A stretch of DNA of 64,000 nucleotides from Marsupella aquatica (Eukaryota; Plantae; Marchantiophyta): NCBI GenBank assembly GCA_973895155.1, contig OZ316891.1, positions 8,991,875 to 9,055,874 of the forward strand, written 5' to 3'. This document shows positions 38,845-52,152 of the stretch, in pieces (position 1 is the first letter of the stretch; every line of letters starts with the position of its first letter). A program made the position numbers and the translations under genes. The notes under the pieces are model-generated. The model worked only from the letters and a program-made list of their open reading frames with translations, searched no databases and had not been told where the DNA came from.

Positions 38845-40883
38845 CACTAGTAGAAACCGGGGCATTCTGTGACCAGACCAGTTATGACCCTAAACCCTAA
38901 ACCCTAAACCCTAGTTTGCATGAACAATGGGACCATATATTATTTTCCAGGTGTAATGGATTGACTCTGTTGGACATATGTGTTTGCAAGGAGGTGGATC
39001 ATGTTCTCTTAGCAATTTATCAGATCGTGTGAAATGTATGGAGTCTCATGAGAATGATGTGACCGTGAAATTGAGTGAAATGGCAAGTGAGTTGACTGCT
39101 TTAAAGGAAGATGTTTAGAAGCTTATTCGTGTGCAAGAAGACCAATACAAATGTATAATGAATGCAATATGGAATAGAGGTTCTAGAGACCTGCCACATT
39201 ACTCCAATTTGATGAATCTAGAGGGTAACATTGAACAGCAAATGGAGGTGGAGCCCACAGAAAGGGATGTGGAGGGTACCATGGCCCCAGCAATTGAAGG
39301 TAAGGTTTCTCATATGTTTCCATGATTGGAGATGAGGCAAAAAATGTGTTTTGTTATATGTTTCCATGATTGGAAATAAGGCAAAACTGCTGATAGGCTG
39401 TTGACTTGCTATTTTGTTATTGCAGAGGTTACCAATGTACTGAATACCACCAGTTTGGATCCATATGAAGAATTCATAGAAGTTGCCAAAGCCGATGAGA
39501 ATGGATGCAAAACAGAGGGCCAGGTGGAGACCCAAATTCCATCATAGGCAGGTGACATACAAGGTGTGACCACAGACGGTGGAGTAGAAGTAGAGCTTTC
39601 AGCTGCTGGGAGACCTATTCGGAAGGTGAAGAGTCGGGCCAGGGCAAGCGGTAGAGTGGCAGCGGCAAAGAAGCGTAAAGCTGATGCATAATTGAAAACT
39701 CAGGCACATCCTGAGTATGTATTGTTCTCACCGCAGCAAAATGAGTTGTGTGTAGGGTATGGAAAATTGCACCCTGAGCAGATTACATTCCATTGCAAAG
39801 AAGTACCAACAAGGTATTCTGTAGTGTTGTTGACAAAGCTTGTGAAGCCAAAGACCCCTTTACCAGTTCTTAATTTGAATGATGACCCGCCACAGACAAT
39901 TATTGCAGATGCTCTGAACTCTTTGGTGTTGTGGCCAACAGATTACATAGGGACACCTGAAATGTGTGGTTTGTAGTTTTAGCCTAAACTTACAAACAAC
40001 TGCATGATTGGTGCCAAATGTTATCGAGATATTTCATAATGGAGAGTTGAATTGAGATTCACTAGCTGGATCATCCACTGATCATGTTGTGACAACTTTG
40101 TTTGTATGAAATTATGCATGTGTGTTCAATAGTTAATATGAGTTCTAAGATTCTAATAGAACTATGTTGTCTCTCATGTTTTCATGTAAGACTTGTGTAC
40201 TTGTATGCTTGAGTGCTTGAATGTATGCTTGTATGCTTGAGTTGACTATTAGTCATGGTTCTAGTGCTATGTGCAGGCTGCAATTGCCTCAGGTTGAGTC
40301 AAAATTTTGACCAAAAGGGTCAAAGAATGCAGTCGTGAACTAGACTAATGAGTCATTTTGGGTCATTAAGATATGACCGTGATATATTACATCGTGGTCC
40401 CCAATAAGACCAACCAGTCTAGCCCAATCTTAAGATTTTAAAGAATGATTAGTCATATGTAGTCATCATCGGTCACTAATGTGCCCATATACTCTAAACT
40501 TTTAAGACCAACTAGTCATAATCAGTCGCCTGTGTTCCGATATTGAACCATAGCACCAGTCATATATGCGAAAGGCTACTCTTCCTCACTGACTGTTTGT
40601 GACTAATTCATACCTCATTTTGAGTCATACAAATGACTACTTTGCAATCATTTGTAAGACTACACCTTCTCCAAATCCCAAAATGCCCAAGTACGGATTT
40701 GGTCATTATTAGTCACAAAATGTGTCTTAAACCTTAGTCACATAGCTGACCACTCGATTTCAGTCACTTTAAATAAGACGCTATGTCAAAATTACAACTG
40801 GCTTGATACCCCCAAACTTTAGTCACAAGGAGTCATGGGCAGTCGTAAAACTTAGTCATAAAACACCACGGTTTCTACTAGTG
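38845..40883 (+). mobile_element. Non-autonomous CACTA (En/Spm) transposon
   Basis: Perfect 15-bp TIRs CACTAGTAGAAACCG / CGGTTTCTACTAGTG and 3-bp TSD ATT. The 3' subterminal region has many agtca(t/c)a motifs. Internal ORF 39692-39976 (PLPVLNLNDDPPQTIIADALNSLVLWP) resembles the C-terminus of TnpA-like proteins. Confidence 0.92.
38888..38913. repeat. Interstitial plant telomere repeat (CCCTAAA)3 CCCTA
   Basis: Read directly: ccctaaaccctaaaccctaaacccta. Confidence 0.9.
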
Positions 40884-41229
40884 ATTGCATTCAGATTTCA
40901 TACGTAGAGCTTTCAAACTCCATTAGTAAACGCCATTCGACATCCACAGGGGCACACAGTTCCCAGACAAAGTGAGTACTTTGTGGCTGCAAATCACATG
41001 AATGCACGAATTCAATCTTGTTATCACTCCTAAGTCAGGGCTGATGGCATCATGTTTGGTTATCATCATGCACAAGAGCTTTCCAATCAGAGGTCCTAGA
41101 TAGAATGTTAATTCAAGTTCCGTGGTGGATTCCACTAAGTGATGAAATATGGTGAAAGTACCCAGTTTTGAAATAGCTTGCACCAGCAGGAAACGAGTAG
41201 AGTAGCCAGGCGATCTCAAACAATAGCAT

Positions 41230-44200
41230 TGCTATTATGACCTTTCAGATCACCTAGACTAGACCTAATCATCCGGGCACCATGTGACAATCATGTATAG
41301 GAGCAGTTGCTCCAACAGACATGCTCATTCAATAACAGAGTCACTCTCTTTTTGATCTCTCTCTCTAGCTATGGCGTCCTTCACACATAACACGTTATCA
41401 GCACGTTAAATCTACCATACCTGAGCGATATCCCACTGAAGATCAGAAGGGCTTGAGCAATTTTGAGAATTGACAAAGCATACGCAGCCCCAGGAAATCG
41501 TAGATGTGAAAGAGAGAAGCTATGACATGCAGCAATTTCCGAAAAAGAAGAACAAGACCATCCTGTTTTACAAAGATCAAGAGCCGGGCTACGACCCACA
41601 AGCATCAACGCAGAAGAGACGATCGCAGCACATCGAAAACAAAATTGCCAAATAGACTTCTGCAACATAAGAGAAACGAAGTGTAGATTGATTTGAGTTC
41701 TTAGAATTAGCAGAGGAGAAATTAGAGAAGAGAAGTTCCCCTGCCCCGGTTCCTTCTTTTAGTATTAGCAGAGGAACCCCATCCTATCTCGCAGCCCCCC
41801 CATTGAATTACTCAAAGCAAATTACAATAGCAAAACAAGCGACAAAAATCTTCGGAGGCAGTCACATTTTCTTGAAGGATACCTAAAATCCTTTCTAGCG
41901 ATCCTAAACCACACACAGTTGTATACCTCTATATTACAAAGCAGACTGGAAGATGACTCTGAGAGGAAATTGAAGGAACGAATTGAAGGCCGAGCAATTG
42001 AAAGCCATCAAGCAAGAGGGGAGAACAAGACAAAGGAACGAAACCCACAAGTTAAGCAAAGAAGAAATACAAAGGAAGCTAGGTGGCCAAACCCAACAAT
42101 TTTGAAATCCATCAAGGGAGAAAATCTTACCTCTACCAAGCATAAGACCTCGGCCACCAACCTAACAGACCTTGCAAAATAAATTGTCCATTTCCTTCAT
42201 TTCAAGTTTGAAATTAAAAATTAAAAATCAACTTGTTATCTTTTCCTCTCTACTATGCATTAAGAGTACCCTCTTACCTTTTGCAAAACTTCATGCATTG
42301 CAAATGTGCTAGTCATTAACAAACTAAACCTATTGCATAAAAGCAAGCACTCACATACTCCCGACAGCTCCTAATCCTACCACACTAAAACCATGGCTAC
42401 ACTAGAAAAACTGAAATTCCCATCCTGAAACATAGACGGAGCCAATTACTTGGCATGGTCTCTAGATGTTAGGGCTAACCTCATAGCCTCGTCCCTCCTC
42501 CATGCTATAGTGGACACTGAACCACTACCAGATGAGGATGGACCTCCAGTTGCAAGCCCAGCCGAGGAGGCTTGGGTACTAGTCTACATCCGCCAGCACC
42601 TACACCCTTACCTACAAACCCAATACCTCCATCTAATCGACCCTAGGGAATTGTGGGAAAGCCTCCATGCAAGGTATGACCACCAGAAGTTGGTGGCACT
42701 ACCCAAGGCAAGACAGGAATGGACAACCTTAAGAGTCTAGGACTTCACCTCCGTAGAGGCATACAACAATGACTTGTTTAGAATTACTTCCACCCTTACC
42801 CTATGTGGGCACCCAATCTCTGACCTGGATATGATCGAGAAGACTTTATCCACCTTTCATCCTTCAAACATAGTCTTAGCCACGCAATACAGGAATATGC
42901 GGTTCCCGCAATACTTAGAACTCATTGCGCATTTGCTGGTCGCGGAGAGACAATAGGAGCTCCTACTCCATAATGCTAAACAACGCCTGTCAGGCACCCT
43001 AGCAACACGCCCAGCTGAGACGCATGCAATCTCAGATGGCCAAACCTCCGCATCAAGAGGCGGAAACAACCGACCTAGGGGATACCAAGCCAATCAAAGG
43101 GGCAATCGACGAGGCCGTTTCCCCAACAGGGGGAGCAACAATAATTTCCAATCAAGAAACGGCTACAGGGGGCAAAACCATTGGCGCAACCAATCAAGGG
43201 GCCAAAACAACAAGAAACCTGGGCAAAACTTTAAACAAAGACGCCCAAACAATAACCACCGCGGCCCTAGACAGCCTTGCACCCAATGCGGGATGCGCAA
43301 CCATACCACAAGGGATTGTAGAATCCCCAAATACTTACAGGACTTGTATCAAAGGTCGCTACAAATGTCATCATCCAATAATGCAGCACGGGAGAACTAT
43401 ACAGCCCTCATGGGGTCAGAAGACCCATCTCACGACTTCAAAGACCTCCGGTAAGACCCAGAAGCACACATGGTGATGCAAAATGACCCAACTTCCATAC
43501 TCGATCACCTATCCACCTCCCAATCCACCTGCATAGTGGACAGTGCAACAACCCATACAATACTCAGAGATAGAAAATTATTTCACCACATTACACCTTC
43601 CAATAGATCCTTAACAACCATTAATGGCCCTAGTCATGTAGAAGAAGGTGTGGGCCCTGCAACCCTAATACTACCACAAGGGACTAAGATATCGATTACC
43701 TCAGCGATATTTTCCCCGAAAGCTACTCAAAATTTACTAAGCTTTCGTGATATGCGCGCCAATGGACTTCATGTCCAAACCGACACACAAGATAACCAAG
43801 AGGTTATCCACCTAGTAGAAAACACCCCACTGGGACCAATGATAAAGGAAAATCTTTCATCCTACGCTTCGGGCTTTTACCTCACCCAAATTGAATGCCT
43901 AAATAACAGTTTAGCCCCACAAACCCCACATGCACTTTGGCATGCGAGGCTTGGCCACCCAGGCCAAGCTATGCTTAAGAGAATAATTAAGAGCTTGCGG
44001 GAATTACCCATGAGCCTCCGCCATATACCAGCAAACACTCCATGCCTTGCATGCTCAAGGGGTAAGTTGATAGCTAGACCATCAAAATCAAGGCTACCAA
44101 CAATGATATCCCCATTCTTATCAGTGCTACATGCCAATATTTGCGGGCCTATAAACCCGCCAAGCGGCCCATTTAGATACTTTATGCCAATGATCAATAG

Positions 44201-44962
44201 ATGCATCAACTAAATGGTCCAACCTAAGCCTGCTATCCAGTCGCAACATGGCAATCCCGAGGATATTATCGTAGGTCTTGCGCCTTAAAGCACAATTTTT
44301 GGAGCACCCTATAAAAGTCCTCCGCATGGACAATGCAGGTGAATTTACCTACCCCACTTTTGATGACTTTTGCACCTCACTAGGCATTGATGTACAATAC
44401 CCAACTCCACATGTACACTTCTAAAACGGCCTGGCGGAATCCATCATTAAGCGCTTACAATTGATTGCTGGGCCTCTACTAATGCAATCACACCTCCCGA
44501 CCTCTGCTTGGGGGCACGCATGCACTAATACAATACTGCCTCTCTGCTTTCAATGACCTTTCCCCGTACCAAATCGGCACTGGCACCCCAGCCGACCTAT
44601 CCCACCTCCGTTCTTTCGGATGTCATGTTATGGTCCCCATAACTCCACCCAAAAGAACAAAGATGGGACCCCATAGACAGTTGGGAATATATGTTGGATT
44701 TGACTCCACATCCATAATCAGATATCTCGAGCCAACAACAGGAGACGTCTTTAAGGCAAGATTCCAAGACTGCCACTTTGACAAAACAATATTCCCCACC
44801 TTGCCCATACACACCCCCCACCCCATTCCACCCCTGGAATGGGAGACAACATCACCTTTTTGGCAAGATATATGGACAAATCAGGGGGAGCAAGAAGTAC
44901 AACAAATATTGCACCTCCACACCATTGTGGAGAACCTACCAGACTTGTTTGTGGATGCCAAA
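41230..44962 (+). mobile_element. Decayed Ty1/Copia retrotransposon, Bianca-like (5' LTR-PBS-gag-PR-INT; 3' part deleted)
   Basis: LTR end ...ataaCA at 41392, then PBS cgttatcagcacg (41393-41405). gag starts MATLEKLKF at about 42393 (EKTLSTFH, CCHC zinc knuckle). PR: CIVDSATTHTIL. GAG-pre-integrase: LWHARLGHPG. INT fragments to RTKMGPHRQLGIYVGFDS. Many stops and frameshifts; LTR start uncertain. Confidence 0.88.
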
Positions 44963-47900
44963 AGCTGGTGGCAAAGGTTTTGTAAATAAATCGGCTCAAT
45001 TTGCAACGGAGTTAGGAATCCATTCCACTCGTATCTGTTCTCCATTTTGTTCATGTGTATAAAAAAACTTGGGAGCAATGTATTTTATTGAACTATCTCC
45101 TTTTATGAAGCCTTGCACAATTTGTGTAACACATGGACGATTGTCCTCATGTATGGTTGTGGGTTGATCGAGAGGAGGGCAACTAGTGTGTTTATTGATA
45201 TGATTAATCAGCTGATGTAGCCAGACACACTTCCAGCATGCCTCATAAAGTGCTATAAATTTAGAATGATTTGACAATGTTGTGGTAAGTGTCTATTTAT
45301 TGTTGCACCATGAAATTGCAGTATTGCCATGAAGAAAAACATAACTCATTTGTGACTTTGCGTCGTCAGGATCTGATGGATATCTTGCATCCGCGTAACC
45401 TATCAATTTGTTTTCTGCATTCTTTGAGAAGTAAAGGCTCATATCTGCTGTGCCTTTCAAGTATCTAAAAATACATTTAATGCTATTCCAATGTCTGATC
45501 GTTGGAGTGGAGCTATTTTGCGCCAGGAGGCTTACAGCAAAGGAGATATCTGGTCTGGTGTGATTTGCCAAGTACAAGAGCACGCCAATAGCTGACAGGT
45601 AGGGCTTCTCTAGGCCCATTAGTTGCTCATTCTCCTTTTGTTTTTGAAACATATCTTTTGTTGGGTCTAGTGACTCGAGCCCATTTCCATCGACGTACTT
45701 ACTAGATGTGCATTATATTGTTCATATAAAATTGACGCAATATCTTTTGCGTATATGTAGCTTGATGAACAAGAATCCCTTTTGGCATATAATCAAACTA
45801 TAATCCCAGACAGAAATTGGGTTCTCCTAGATCTCTCATCTCAAAAGTAATCTAAAGTGTTTCTATTGTCATGGTTGCCAAATTAGCTGTTCCAAAGATA
45901 TTTATGTCATCAACGTACATATATAGCTACGATGACAAATTTGTGAACCATTTGCTTTAGAAAAAGACATGGAGCAATTTTGTCATTGATAAAATTCAGA
46001 GCTAACATTTCAGACTGAAATCGCTTATACCAAGTTCTCCCACTCTGTTTAAGCCCATACATCGATCGTAGAACCTATACAAAAAGTTCTTGACGTATAC
46101 GTTTGTTTTGTGCAGTAGAACTGGGCTTTGATGCGGTTGCACACCAAGTTGTTAACAGAGGAACTTTTGGTTCCTCATTGTAAATATGTTAACTTTAGAC
46201 AAATCCTTAGTAGGAGCAATTTGGTGGATCTAGTACACCCTGACCGACTTTCTCCCCCTGAATATGGAAAGCCAATTGTTTTATCAATTCAGCGGGCTTT
46301 TCATATAAATCATAGTATCTAGGATACCATATAAATATTCAGTAATAACATCCATAATGTGCATAACTAACTTATGGGCAATGGCAAATGCTATCATATA
46401 GCAATATGTAAACCTGGCATCCATTATAGGCAAATAGGTTAAATCAAAGTCACGGCCTGGAATTTGGGTATAGCCCTTAGCCACTAGTTGCGCTTTATAC
46501 CAGATCACTTCGCCAGCAACATTTCTTTTTTTGACAAAAATAAACTTATAGCTTGCTAAATGCATATCTTTTGGTGCAGTTTTTATGGGGCCAAATACTT
46601 TTTGTTTATAACTCAGAATTAATGGCCTGTTCCCATTTAGGCCAATCTGCTCTTGTTTGTGCTTCTCAAACTGTTATAGGGTCCAGGGTATCATCTGTAA
46701 GTTCCTTAGAAATAGAAAAAGCAAATACATCATTGATTTTTGTTTGAATTTGTTGCAATATTCTGCCTGTATGCGTGCAGTGTATTGTAATCTCCTCATT
46801 GTCAAAACTCAGCATTGACGTCAATACTGAAGGTATCGCACGAGGTGGTTGAGTAGGGGTCAATGCTATTCTTCTTCTGTGTCGGGGTTGAATATCTTTG
46901 GGATCTAAGAGGTCGGCCCCGTTTGGCTCTCATTGATACAACAATTGCCAATCTGTTGTCCTGTTGCAGTTGAACTGGTGCATTTGCTGCCTCAATATGA
47001 GATCGAGTTACTGTAGCTATGTACGTTGTTAAATGCATCTGGTAGTTTATCCAAGATTTGATGTAAGTTTAAAATCCGTTGTACTTTTGCTTCAACTTGG
47101 TTGGATCTTGGATCATTCCTGAATGGTTGTGTGGTTTGCCACACTAAGTTATGTATTTTAGAAGTATGTGGTAGCTTCTTCTCATTCATTAGGTGAAGAA
47201 GTTCATCCGCAAAAAATTGCAGTCTAAAAATCTCGCTTTAAACACATTGGCTGTAGCAAGTTCCAAAAATCTGATAATAGATGTTGAATCAAACCCAATG
47301 TAATGCCTCTCTATCATTGTGGCCCCATCTTCGTTCGGTGAGTGCCTAGTATAGGAACTAATACAAGACAGTCGAATGTGCGTAGATGTGTTAGGTTGGG
47401 TGTAACCACCGTGACAGCAAACAACAAACAACAAATAGTTACTCGTAACAGCAAACGGGTGGTAAAATTTTTGGAATTTTTTTTTAGAATTTTTTGGGGG
47501 AAAAATATTTAAAATAAAATTGTGAGTCGATATTTTTTGGCTAGCGCCCGGAGCTAGTAATAGTATTGCCTTACACTAGCAAAAATTATCATGTTTTAAA
47601 TTATTTTGAAAATTGTGACTTTTAATGACACATTTTTAGATTGTCTAGTTTGCTCGTAAAAGTAAATTTTTGTTCATAACAGGAATTTTTTTTACTCGTA
47701 ACAGTAAATCTGTTTGCTATTTGCTGTCACGATGAAAACCCTCTATTAGGTTAGAAGGTAACTCAAATGCTAGAAAATATGGAGTGTGACTATTGAATGC
47801 AAATGGTGTGTATCTGATTAAAGAAGCTGCATGGAGGACAACATGCCCCCATGCTGGTACTGGTAAATTCGATTGCATAAGTAAAGGTCTAGCTACCATT

Positions 47901-49700
47901 TGAATCCTTTTGATTAGCAATTCTACAATTCCATTTTGGAAATGGACATGTGGGTTTGAGTATTGTGTATCTATGCCTGTTGTACTCCAGAATTCATCAA
48001 ATGTTTTAGAAGTAAATTCTCCAGCATTATCTACTTTGAGTGTACGTATAATTGGATATTTAGGGAACTGTGTCTTTATTTTCATAATGTGTGATAAGAT
48101 GCGTGGAAAAACCAGATTTCTTGTTGAAAGTAATGAAACCTGCACCCACTTTGAAGAAGCATCGATCAGCACGGCCAGAGGGTGGGTCTATTGGTCCACA
48201 GACGTCAGCATGAAGGCGTTCTAAAAACTGTGGTATTTCCATGATTGTTTTGGATATTGAAGGGCGTGTAATAAATTTTCCCTGTGAGCAGGCTATGCAA
48301 GGGGTTCTAAATGAGGATGGGTGTACTTCTTGGGATATGCCCACTGTATCCTGAATGATTTTATGGTACATTTTAATACCAGGATGGCCCAATCGATTGT
48401 GCCATCATTTAGTGACAGTGAGAGCTTTGGTTTCAGTATGGTAAGCATGGATCCATGTGATATAAAGGCCTGGAGGAATAACAGTCAGGTAAGCTCTCTT
48501 TGATGAAGAGACCAGAAGCAGCTGGTTGCATTATATGAAGGACCTCTTGTGTTTTTGAGATTTATGTATGAATATGAAAATATTATTTCTGATATCCCTT
48601 AAGCTTATCAGGTTTCTAGTAGCATTCGGTGCATAGATAGCCGATTTTATATAAGTAATTGTGCCTCTTGGAAACACAACTTTTGTAGGGCCATTTTCTT
48701 CTTCAATATTTTTTTGTCCTGTAATAGTATTCATAGCCCTTTTTGATGGATTTATCGAAGTGAAATAATCTTTGTGCAGGACTATTGAGTGGGATGCCCA
48801 CTATCGACTATACAATGCATAGGATTATCCAATAGTGAATCAGTCATTTGTATAGTATGTACTTCAGGTTAAGGAGGAGGATGGGGATACAAATCAATAT
48901 CATCCAAAAAACTGCCATGTGTTTCATTTTGAGGGGCTTCCATTTTTTCTTTATAAAGTTTAGCTAAATGTGCAGGTGCCTTGCATTCTTTTTGGGTATG
49001 GCCTTTTGTGCCGCAACAAAAGCATGATATAGAGATATTATTCTTATCTCAATTTTCTGGGTTATATCCTCTGCCATGTCCACGGCCTTGGGCTTCTCTC
49101 CTCTGCCGGGTACTTCCTGATGGTTGGTTGAATGTGGTTGCTCTACCACCTCCTCTTCCCTTCAAAAATTGATTTCTGCCTCGTCCAAAAAATTGTCCTC
49201 TTCTCCCCCTGAATCTTCCTTGGCCTCTCCCCCTGTTATTATCCTTAGACTTATTGAAATGTGTTTTTGCTCTTGGAGGTGGTGCTGCACTACCAGGGGG
49301 TCTCATCTTGGCATTTTGTAGAAGTAGTATATGGTGTTTTTCAACAATTAACATGTGTGATATTAACTCTGAGTATTTTTTAAAGTTCATGTTTTGATAC
49401 TGTTGTGCCAAGACTAAGTTGGAAGCATGGAATGTTGATAGCATTTTCTTGATTTGTTCTTGATCATCCACTGGGTGGCCACAAATAGCCAGTTTTGACA
49501 TGATCCAAAATAGCTCACTATTGTACATAATTAGCCATTGTGGTAACTATGATCTTGAACCCGTAAGTTTATCCAGTCATGCCTTGCGAAAGGTAAAGAT
49601 ACTAGATTCATATGATGAAAACATAATTTTAATTCATCCCACAAGGTCCTTGGATTGTAATAATTCATGTACTGTGTTTTCAATGGTTCTGCTAAGTGGT
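44963..49700 (-). mobile_element. Decayed Ty1/Copia retrotransposon, Bianca-like (gag to RNase H, no LTRs visible)
   Basis: Fragments on the minus strand: gag YNSELF...LSTFHASNLVLAQQY; GHPG; INT LKVDNAGEFTS; RT YKAQLVAKGYTQIPG and PYLSAIGVLLYLANHTRPDISFAV; RNase H IHEDN...ADLFTKPLP. Confidence 0.9.
47398..47745. mobile_element. hAT-like MITE inserted in the Copia integrase
   Basis: Imperfect TIRs (cgtgacagcaaacaacaaaca / tgtttgctatttgctgtcacg) flanked by duplicated ttaggtt (47391-47397 and 47746-47752). Removing the insert restores integrase PSNLTHLRTFDCLVLVP. Confidence 0.75.
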
Positions 49701-49719
49701 GATGGCCGGATCAAGATTA

Positions 49720-50203
49720 AAGCTTTAAGCTATCTAACAGTTGGGTGTATGAAATGCTCTGCCCCAAGGGCTCTGATTTCTGCCGGCTCAACCGGATCTG
49801 GAATGAAACCCTGACTGAGGCTGCCTAGTGTAGAGTTTGGACAGTGGTGTGGACGGCTGATCTCTCTACTAAGGCAAAAACTTTTGTATGGAGGATACTG
49901 GCACAAGGGCTTTTCTCAGGTTCCAGGGCATTGAGGATGTCTAAATCAGATGGAACTTGTACTCTTTGTGTGGACACTGTGGAAACTATCCCTCACATTT
50001 TCCTTTATTGCAGACATGCGCTCTGCTGTTGGAGGGTGATCAGATGCTGGCTGCTTGGTGCTTTAGACCTAGGCCCTTTGTCTATCGTTGGATTGCTTCA
50101 CTCCACTACGAGGAAGGAACCTCTGACTACATTGCATCTTTTCCTATTGTATCAATCTCTATGGAGCTTATGGCTTGCATGGAACTCTCAGACCTTTGAT
50201 CGG
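49720..50203 (+). mobile_element. LINE 3' fragment (zf-RVT region), cut by the Gypsy LTR
   Basis: WTADLSTKAKTFVWRILAQGL...CTLC...ETIPHIFLYC. It is homologous to 61966-62763, and the homology stops exactly at the TG at 50204. Confidence 0.85.
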
Positions 50204-51594
50204 TGTCGTATAGTGCTAAGTATCAAAAGTGACTCTTCTCACCTAAAACCAGGGTTTCGATCCCTTTAAGAACAGATTTCAGAATGAATTGTATAACTTT
50301 TATCACTCCGAGTGATTTAGAGTCTTGAGCTCTATGTTGACTTCACTTCTCAATAAAAAAAATCGAATAAACAAACAACAAAGTAACTGAACTTCTGATT
50401 TATGAATTAGAGAAGAAATGAGTAAGGATTTAGAGACTACAAGCTGCTACTGCCACTCCTTCAGAAAGGATTTGGGCTCAGTATAGACATGAAATCTATC
50501 TCATAATTCATCCATCTCACTCTTCAAAACACAAAGGTTAATGATAATGGAATTCTCAATCTGATGAAGCAGAAGCTTTCTGATTGCAAATGAATGATAT
50601 GATTTAAAATGCCGTCAACATGGTTTGACATCAGCGATACGCAATTCAGTCAAACTCTAAACCATATTCCAGAATCAAAGCAACAGTACTAACTACTCTG
50701 AGAATCAGAATTTACTTCTCATTTATCATTAACTATTCTTGAATTGGCTAGCGAATCCCGACTCTGCAAGCAAGCCTAGCAGTGAATTCAATACGAGTTT
50801 CAGAAATCTGCAACTGAATTCAATCACCACAGGAATCTCTTGAATTCAATCTTAACTTCAATCAATATAGCTTTACTTCCATACAAAACACTCACAGCAT
50901 GCCTTGTTACAATGGAAGGAGGAGAAAACTATTCAGAAGACTCAATTCTGAATACAGTATTAACTCTATTTCTCTCTACTTCAAATAAGCATTCTACTCT
51001 GTCTTATAAGTGCTGGAATCCTAAAATGGAGGAGGTAAGAACAGTCGTGCCTTTCCAAGCTTAAAACTAAACAAGGGAGAAGCACAGCATAAGTACTTCA
51101 ACAAGGGTGGTAGAATACTACTTTACTAGTAATCTACTTCAAAAACTAAGTGTTGAGCGGACGCTGCTAGAAGCGTCGGGAGAATCTGGACGCTGCTAGA
51201 AGCGTCTTAAGTAAAACCAACGGACGCTGCTCACACTGCTCACAGCGTCAATACTAGGGTGGACGCTGCTCACAGCGTCGTGTGTTGAAGCTGACGCTTT
51301 CCACAGCGTCGGTCGAAATCCTCATAGAGTCTTGGTGGCGGTCGGGCGCTGCCAAAAGCGTCATGAGGAGGTTGGACGCTTCCGCAGCGTCTTGAGTAAA
51401 AGAAACGGGCGCTGGTCACAGCGTCGGGCAAAGTACACTAGGAATCGTCAGGAAAGCCGGAGATGTCAAATATTTCTATAAGTGTCCAGAACAAGTAAAT
51501 GTTGGCCGGAAGGTGTCTAAAGTGTAAGTAAATCTTGTGATATGCTAAAAATAAACAAGTTTCCAGAAAAAATTGCAGGGACACCCATACCACA
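50204..51594 (-). repeat. 3' LTR of the Gypsy element (about 1.39 kb)
   Basis: Termini TGTCGTATAG...CCATACCACA form an imperfect inverted repeat. On the minus strand a purine-rich tract (aagtggagggcta, 51595-51607) directly precedes it, as expected for a PPT. Confidence 0.8.
51160..51425. repeat. Array of 8 palindromic GACGCT-N5/6-AGCGTC units inside the LTR
   Basis: Units start at 51160, 51189, 51223 (with an internal 9-bp duplication), 51262, 51293, 51345, 51375 and 51408. Confidence 0.9.
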
Positions 51595-51671
51595 TAGCCC
51601 TCCACTTAAATTTCGCCGTGTCCCCACAAGACATGACCGAATTGAATCAGAAGCGAGTGACATGTTCTTCA

Positions 51672-52097
51672 TTAATAATATTCTGGCTTAATAATCCAAG
51701 TAGTGCTCAAAATCATTGACGGGAGTTGGGAGATATCCGAATCCAGAATATAAAAATCGAGGTCATGGAATTCTTCTCCGATCTGTATTGGGACTCCTTT
51801 AACTCTTCCCCAAAGATTAATGATTCGTCCATCGATTGATATCTGAGCAGATATCGGTTGTACTTCTTGATGAACAAATTGCTGGCACAGTCTGTGGGAG
51901 AGGAAATTAATTCGAGAGCCTGGATCAATAACAAAGTGTTGAATAGCATGTCCTCCCAGTTTGATCTTGCCTTCAAAGGAATGTTGGAAAGCACGGGGTA
52001 AAGAATTCCAACAATCCATAGTAGCTTTGATGTCCCACATGAGCAGATAAATATCAATTCGAAGGAGAAAGAAGGAAACAATTGCAGGATGCTGCAA
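51672..52097 (-). pseudogene. Retropepsin-like (aspartic protease-like) domain at the 3' end of the Gypsy internal region
   Basis: GKIKLGGHAIQHFVIDPGSRINFLS...LWGRVKGVPIQIG...DLDFYILD...MILSTTWI parallels the element's own protease (IRRVPVDGGASVNLI...IGKLTKVETLIAG...LDYVVI...VLLGRPWL). Confidence 0.65.
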
Positions 52098-52152
52098 AAG
52101 TAACGGCTTATAAATGACAACACCGTTTGATATCTCTCATAAATGGTGTCCT

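Noticed and set aside
51160-51425. CRISPR array
   Set aside because: Eukaryotic LTR context, no cas genes, and short spacers of variable length that are partly homologous to each other.
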